A stretch of 64,000 nucleotides of DNA, taken from IMG/VR virus record IMGVR_UViG_3300035670_000079, positions 1 through 64,000 of that record; one strand, 5' to 3'. Below the pieces are notes generated by a model. The model was not told the DNA's origin and made no database searches. It saw only the letters and a program-made list of their open reading frames with translations. The translations under genes were made by a program, and so were the position numbers. Of this stretch, positions 60,225-64,000 are shown in pieces. Positions within the stretch are counted from its first letter, which is position 1, and every line of letters starts with the position of its first letter. This DNA is from a virus.

Positions 60225-63200
60225 ATGTCGCTGGGAAAGTTCATATTAGAGCTTGACCTTGAAGTTAAGAAATTCTCACAAGGGGCCGCGCAAGCTACTA
60301 GGGATTTCGCAGCCTTCTCTAAAGCCATCGGTGGCGATAGTGAGGCTATGCGAAATAGTCTTGAGAATAATCTCAAAACATGGGAAGCTGAGCTTTCCAA
60401 GATTCAGGGTCAACTTAAGAAGTTTAATGACCCAATGGCCCCTATGATGGGGTTATCTAAAACCAGTCCGCAGTTCTCACAACTTACGGCGGAACTTCAG
60501 CAAGCTACTGCAAATGTAGAGAAATTTAAAAGTGCTCTGGCAGGCTTGCCTACATTTGTAAATAATCTGTCATATTCGGCAAGTCTTGTTAAAGACCTCG
60601 CTTTTCAAGTAAATAGCCTTAACCTACAAAATATGGTCAATGCGGGTAATATTCTTGTAAGAACTTCTACTATGTTTAAGACTCAATTTGCCCTGATGAT
60701 CGGGCAAATCGGGTTATTTGGCATGGCTGTTAAATCAATCGTAGATTACGGTGCTGGTTTCCAGCAGCAAATGGACCGGGTTAGGTCCGTTGTTGGAGGT
60801 TTGGCGGAGCCTACTGAGCAGGCTACGGCAGACTTCAATAGACTTGAGGCTGAGATTACTCGGCTTGGTGATAAGTTACCGGTTACTTCGGCTCAAGTTG
60901 CAGAAGCAGCACAAGCGTTAGGTCAGGCTGGTTTCAGTGTTCAGGAAATTATAGATTCTCTTGAAGCTGCCGTTGACTTAGCGCTGATATCAGGTATGGA
61001 GTTAGGTAGGGCGGCTGAGGCTCTCGCGGATATTAAGACTGCGTTCGGACTTGAAGCAGACTCCCTTAACGGTGTGTTGGATGTGTTGGCTAAGACAGCC
61101 GCATCCGCTAATACTACCGTGGATCAGCTTGTTAACGCCTTTAGTTTTGCCGCACCGGTTGCCGCATCGCTGGGTCAAGCCGTAGATGAGACAGCTATTG
61201 CACTGGCAGCGTTGTCCAATTCAGGCATTAAGTCAAGTCGCGCAGGTACAGGCTTAGCTCAGATTCTCTCAGGTCTTGTTAGAAAGACCCAAGAGACCGA
61301 TGAGCTTATGCGTAAATATGGTTCTAGCTTTGATGCTGTTAACCCGGCTGTTCACAGTCTTACTGAGATTATAGCAGAATTCCAGCGAGTTAATATTAGC
61401 TCCGGCGATGCTATGGAGTTCTTCGGTGAGCGTGCCGGTAGAGCTATGCTTGCACTTACTAATATTGATCAAGATCAGCTTACGCGGCTTGGCACCACTA
61501 TTCGAGATAATTTTGGTGAAGGTGCTAAGCAGGCCGCAGTTCGATGGGAAAACGTCGCCGGCCTTATCGCCGAAGGCGTGTCACGTATAGAAGCAATTAA
61601 ACTTACAGTATTCAATGCAATAGAGAAGGATATAGTAAGGATTCTCTCTATTGCAGTTGACTGGCTGACAAAACTCTCCGAGGCTATGAAGATGCCGGAG
61701 AATCAGCAGTTTATTGCAAGTCTTGCAAGAATTGGTGCGATTCTCTCCATACTCTTGGTTACCTTAGGTGCGGTAGGCCTGGCACTGGGTTCTATTGCTG
61801 GTGTAATCGGTACCCTTACGGTTACATTTGCCTCAGCTTCGATGCAGGTAGCTATTACTGAGGCTAGTATAGCTAAGCTTGAGACTGAGCTAGAGCAAGC
61901 ACAGTTGGAGGCTTTGAAAACTGCCGCAGCTAACACAGAATTGGCTGCAAGCTACACTGCTTTGGCCATAGCTGCCGGTGCTGCCGGTAAAAAGCTTGTT
62001 GCAAATACTGCTGCTGCCCGCGCCACTGCTGACGTAGTTGCGGCTCAGGGTATGTTCGGCGCCATTATGCCGATGCTTAAGCAAGCTTTTCTGTACATGG
62101 GGCAATTTTTAGCTAAATTTGCAACAACTATTGCCACAACTCTGGTAATAGTAGGCGTAATAGTTAGCGCTATTGAGACATTATCTCAGCTTGCTGCGGA
62201 GGGTGCTGGTAAGTTCGGCATGCTGAGTGGTCTAGTTGAGGCTATTAGCAGCAGTCTTCGCGGCCTGTGGTCCGGTGTTATGGCTGTTTATGACGCTTTT
62301 GAGAGTCTTACAGGCTCCTTAGGCGGCACAGCTAAGACTGTAATGTATGAACTTGTCGAGCAATTTAGGATACTTCTTGAAGTCTTGCAGCCACTGTTTC
62401 CACTAATAGGCGCCATAGCGGCTATTTTCATAGGTGGTCCCATAGTGGCGGGGATGAAGGTATTTAAGTTATTGGTCATAGGCATTAGCGGCGCTATATC
62501 CTTTATGCTTGATATAGTGAACGGCCTTGTAGCAGGCTTAGCTGTATTGGCTAAAGGTTTTATGGAAAATCGCAGTCTTAGTGAAATGATGTTTGATGCC
62601 TACCTAGCCGCCTTTGGCGGACTTGTAGCTAATATCATGGATCTAATAGGTACCCTCGCCTATTATGCAGATTACGTGTTTATGGGATTAATTCCTGACC
62701 ATGTTATTGAAAAGATATTTGAAGAGGCTGACAAAGTTCGCAAGAAGCGTAAAGAGGTATTTGGAGATGTCGGTATAGAGACAGACTCCCAAGAGGGCAT
62801 GCGTGAGCGCGATGCGCGCGGTCGCGAAGAGTATAACCAATCAACTGAAACCAACGTAGTTCGCTCCAACTTACTGGATCGTCAAGTTCAGCAATACAAT
62901 GAAATGTTGGACTTGCAGAAGCGTTATGATCAGTTGACTGGTGCGGAGCTGGATAAGCTTGCCCAACTCAAGGACAGTTTAAGGAATAACGGTCAATCAA
63001 TAGAAGATTTAAAGAAACGTGCAGAAGAACTCATAGAAGTAGAAAAGAAAAACAGAGCGTTCGCAGAGGAGACTGGGCAAACTCAGGCTGTTCGTCTGCA
63101 CGATATTCGCATAGAAAAGCTTCAAGAGGAGTTGGAAACACTTAAGGAACTCGACAAAGCTAATCTTGAGTTCCAAGCTAACAAGACTATGACTACTTCT

Positions 63201-64000
63201 GCTGAAGATAGAGCCGCGTCTGCGGATAAACTTCGGTGGGATAAGCAAACTCGTGACTTGGCCGAAGCCCGAAAAGCGGCGGAAGAGATCGAGTCTAAGT
63301 ATAATAATGCATTTGAAGCCGCGACGAAGGAGCGTGACGGTAAATTAACAGGTGACTTCAATAAAGAGATGGCTAGAATTAAAGAACTGGAGAAGGCCTA
63401 CATGGACCTCTCCAAAGTTAAGAAGGATGCACTCACGGCACAAGAGACTGTGCTCGATACATCTGTTGCTACTGCTCAAGATGATTATATGAAAGCCGAT
63501 GCTAATTTGCAGAAGGCTACAGCAGAGGCTAATCAAGATTTGACTCGCATGCCTACACTCAGTAGGCAAGAGTCCGACGAATATGTACGTAAAAAGACAG
63601 AGGCATTCGTAAAGGCTAAGGAAGCAGCTTCTAAGCGGTTAGACGATCTTACTGCGGCGTATCTGGAGTTACTGGATCAGCAGCAGGCTGCTCAGACAAA
63701 AGATGCTGAAGTTCAAGCTAATACTGCTCAAGCTGTTACTAAGCTATATGCTGACAGCACTGAGGAGCGTAATGAGTATCTGCTTAAGCAGCGTATTGCT
63801 GAGGCAGAGGCTAAGGATGATATTGTCCAAGTTGCTACGCTTAAGGCTCAAGAGTACATTGCTCAAGAGCAGAAGCGTATAGACGAAGTGTTTGATATTA
63901 ATGATGCTGCTAATGCTCAGCTTAAGGCACAGGCCGAGCAGGCTATGCGTGATCGTGCGAAGCTGATGATAGACGAGGCTAATAAGAAACTCCAAGAACA
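60225..64000 (+). CDS. tail tape measure protein (3' partial, >1250 codons in window)
   Basis: The frame stays open from ATG 60225 to the window edge. The conserved TMP core reads MDRVRSVVGG...LPVTSAQVAEAAQALGQAGFS...AFSFAAPVAASLGQ..ALAALSNSGIKSSRAGTGL. TM-like segments and a long coiled coil are present. Confidence 0.85.
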   Translation, partial: MSLGKFILELDLEVKKFSQGAAQATRDFAAFSKAIGGDSEAMRNSLENNLKTWEAELSKIQGQLKKFNDPMAPMMGLSKTSPQFSQLTAELQQATANVEKFKSALAGLPTFVNNLSYSASLVKDLAFQVNSLNLQNMVNAGNILVRTSTMFKTQFALMIGQIGLFGMAVKSIVDYGAGFQQQMDRVRSVVGGLAEPTEQATADFNRLEAEITRLGDKLPVTSAQVAEAAQALGQAGFSVQEIIDSLEAAVDLALISGMELGRAAEALADIKTAFGLEADSLNGVLDVLAKTAASANTTVDQLVNAFSFAAPVAASLGQAVDETAIALAALSNSGIKSSRAGTGLAQILSGLVRKTQETDELMRKYGSSFDAVNPAVHSLTEIIAEFQRVNISSGDAMEFFGERAGRAMLALTNIDQDQLTRLGTTIRDNFGEGAKQAAVRWENVAGLIAEGVSRIEAIKLTVFNAIEKDIVRILSIAVDWLTKLSEAMKMPENQQFIASLARIGAILSILLVTLGAVGLALGSIAGVIGTLTVTFASASMQVAITEASIAKLETELEQAQLEALKTAAANTELAASYTALAIAAGAAGKKLVANTAAARATADVVAAQGMFGAIMPMLKQAFLYMGQFLAKFATTIATTLVIVGVIVSAIETLSQLAAEGAGKFGMLSGLVEAISSSLRGLWSGVMAVYDAFESLTGSLGGTAKTVMYELVEQFRILLEVLQPLFPLIGAIAAIFIGGPIVAGMKVFKLLVIGISGAISFMLDIVNGLVAGLAVLAKGFMENRSLSEMMFDAYLAAFGGLVANIMDLIGTLAYYADYVFMGLIPDHVIEKIFEEADKVRKKRKEVFGDVGIETDSQEGMRERDARGREEYNQSTETNVVRSNLLDRQVQQYNEMLDLQKRYDQLTGAELDKLAQLKDSLRNNGQSIEDLKKRAEELIEVEKKNRAFAEETGQTQAVRLHDIRIEKLQEELETLKELDKANLEFQANKTMTTSAEDRAASADKLRWDKQTRDLAEARKAAEEIESKYNNAFEAATKERDGKLTGDFNKEMARIKELEKAYMDLSKVKKDALTAQETVLDTSVATAQDDYMKADANLQKATAEANQDLTRMPTLSRQESDEYVRKKTEAFVKAKEAASKRLDDLTAAYLELLDQQQAAQTKDAEVQANTAQAVTKLYADSTEERNEYLLKQRIAEAEAKDDIVQVATLKAQEYIAQEQKRIDEVFDINDAANAQLKAQAEQAMRDRAKLMIDEANKKLQE

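Noticed and set aside
1-64000. A lysogeny, integration or mobile-element module (integrase, excisionase, CI-like repressor, transposase).
   Set aside because: I recognised no tyrosine or serine recombinase or transposase motif in any ORF. The only mobile elements supported are the HNH endonuclease genes and the group I intron.

Overview
The window is one contiguous stretch of a tailed dsDNA phage genome with siphovirus-type organisation. Every credible gene is on the + strand, genes are tightly packed, many start/stop codons overlap, and Shine-Dalgarno sites are strong. The layout has four parts. (1) 1-25.8 kb is an accessory/early-type region. It contains a vWA protein, two HNH endonucleases, a matrixin-like protease zymogen, a thioredoxin-like protein, three multi-HTH paralogs, an AAA+ ATPase, many ORFans, one atypical tRNA, and a tRNA-Leu(UAA) split by an HNH-bearing group I intron. 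(2) 25.85-30.9 kb is a ~5 kb repeat-dense, largely non-coding hub. At least ten unrelated repeat families are present, including six copies of a conserved box followed by a 35-80 nt polypurine tract, and 73-bp and 14-bp tandem arrays. A visibly GC-rich 3-4 gene island is embedded in it. (3) 30.9-44.5 kb starts with a consensus sigma70 promoter that drives four large ORFans. RNase H, ThyX, a DEDD exonuclease, a ParB-like protein and a secreted SNase-like nuclease follow. (4) 44.5-64 kb is the packaging and morphogenesis module: TerS-like, GpA-type TerL, portal, protease/scaffold, capsid, a repeat-rich fibre, the neck, tail tube, -1 frameshifted chaperones, and a tape measure that runs off the window. 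Two sequence-level signals cut across all modules. One is a dispersed palindrome, TTGCAAG-N1-2-CTTGCAA, with 24 perfect copies. The other is a sense-strand-biased anti-SD-complementary 9-mer, CCGRAGGTG, with 29 copies on + and 4 of the G variant on -. An intergenic TTAGTGG motif is also embedded in two near-consensus promoters. Functional calls rest on motifs recognised by eye and on gene order. No searches were run, and most ORFs remain hypothetical.
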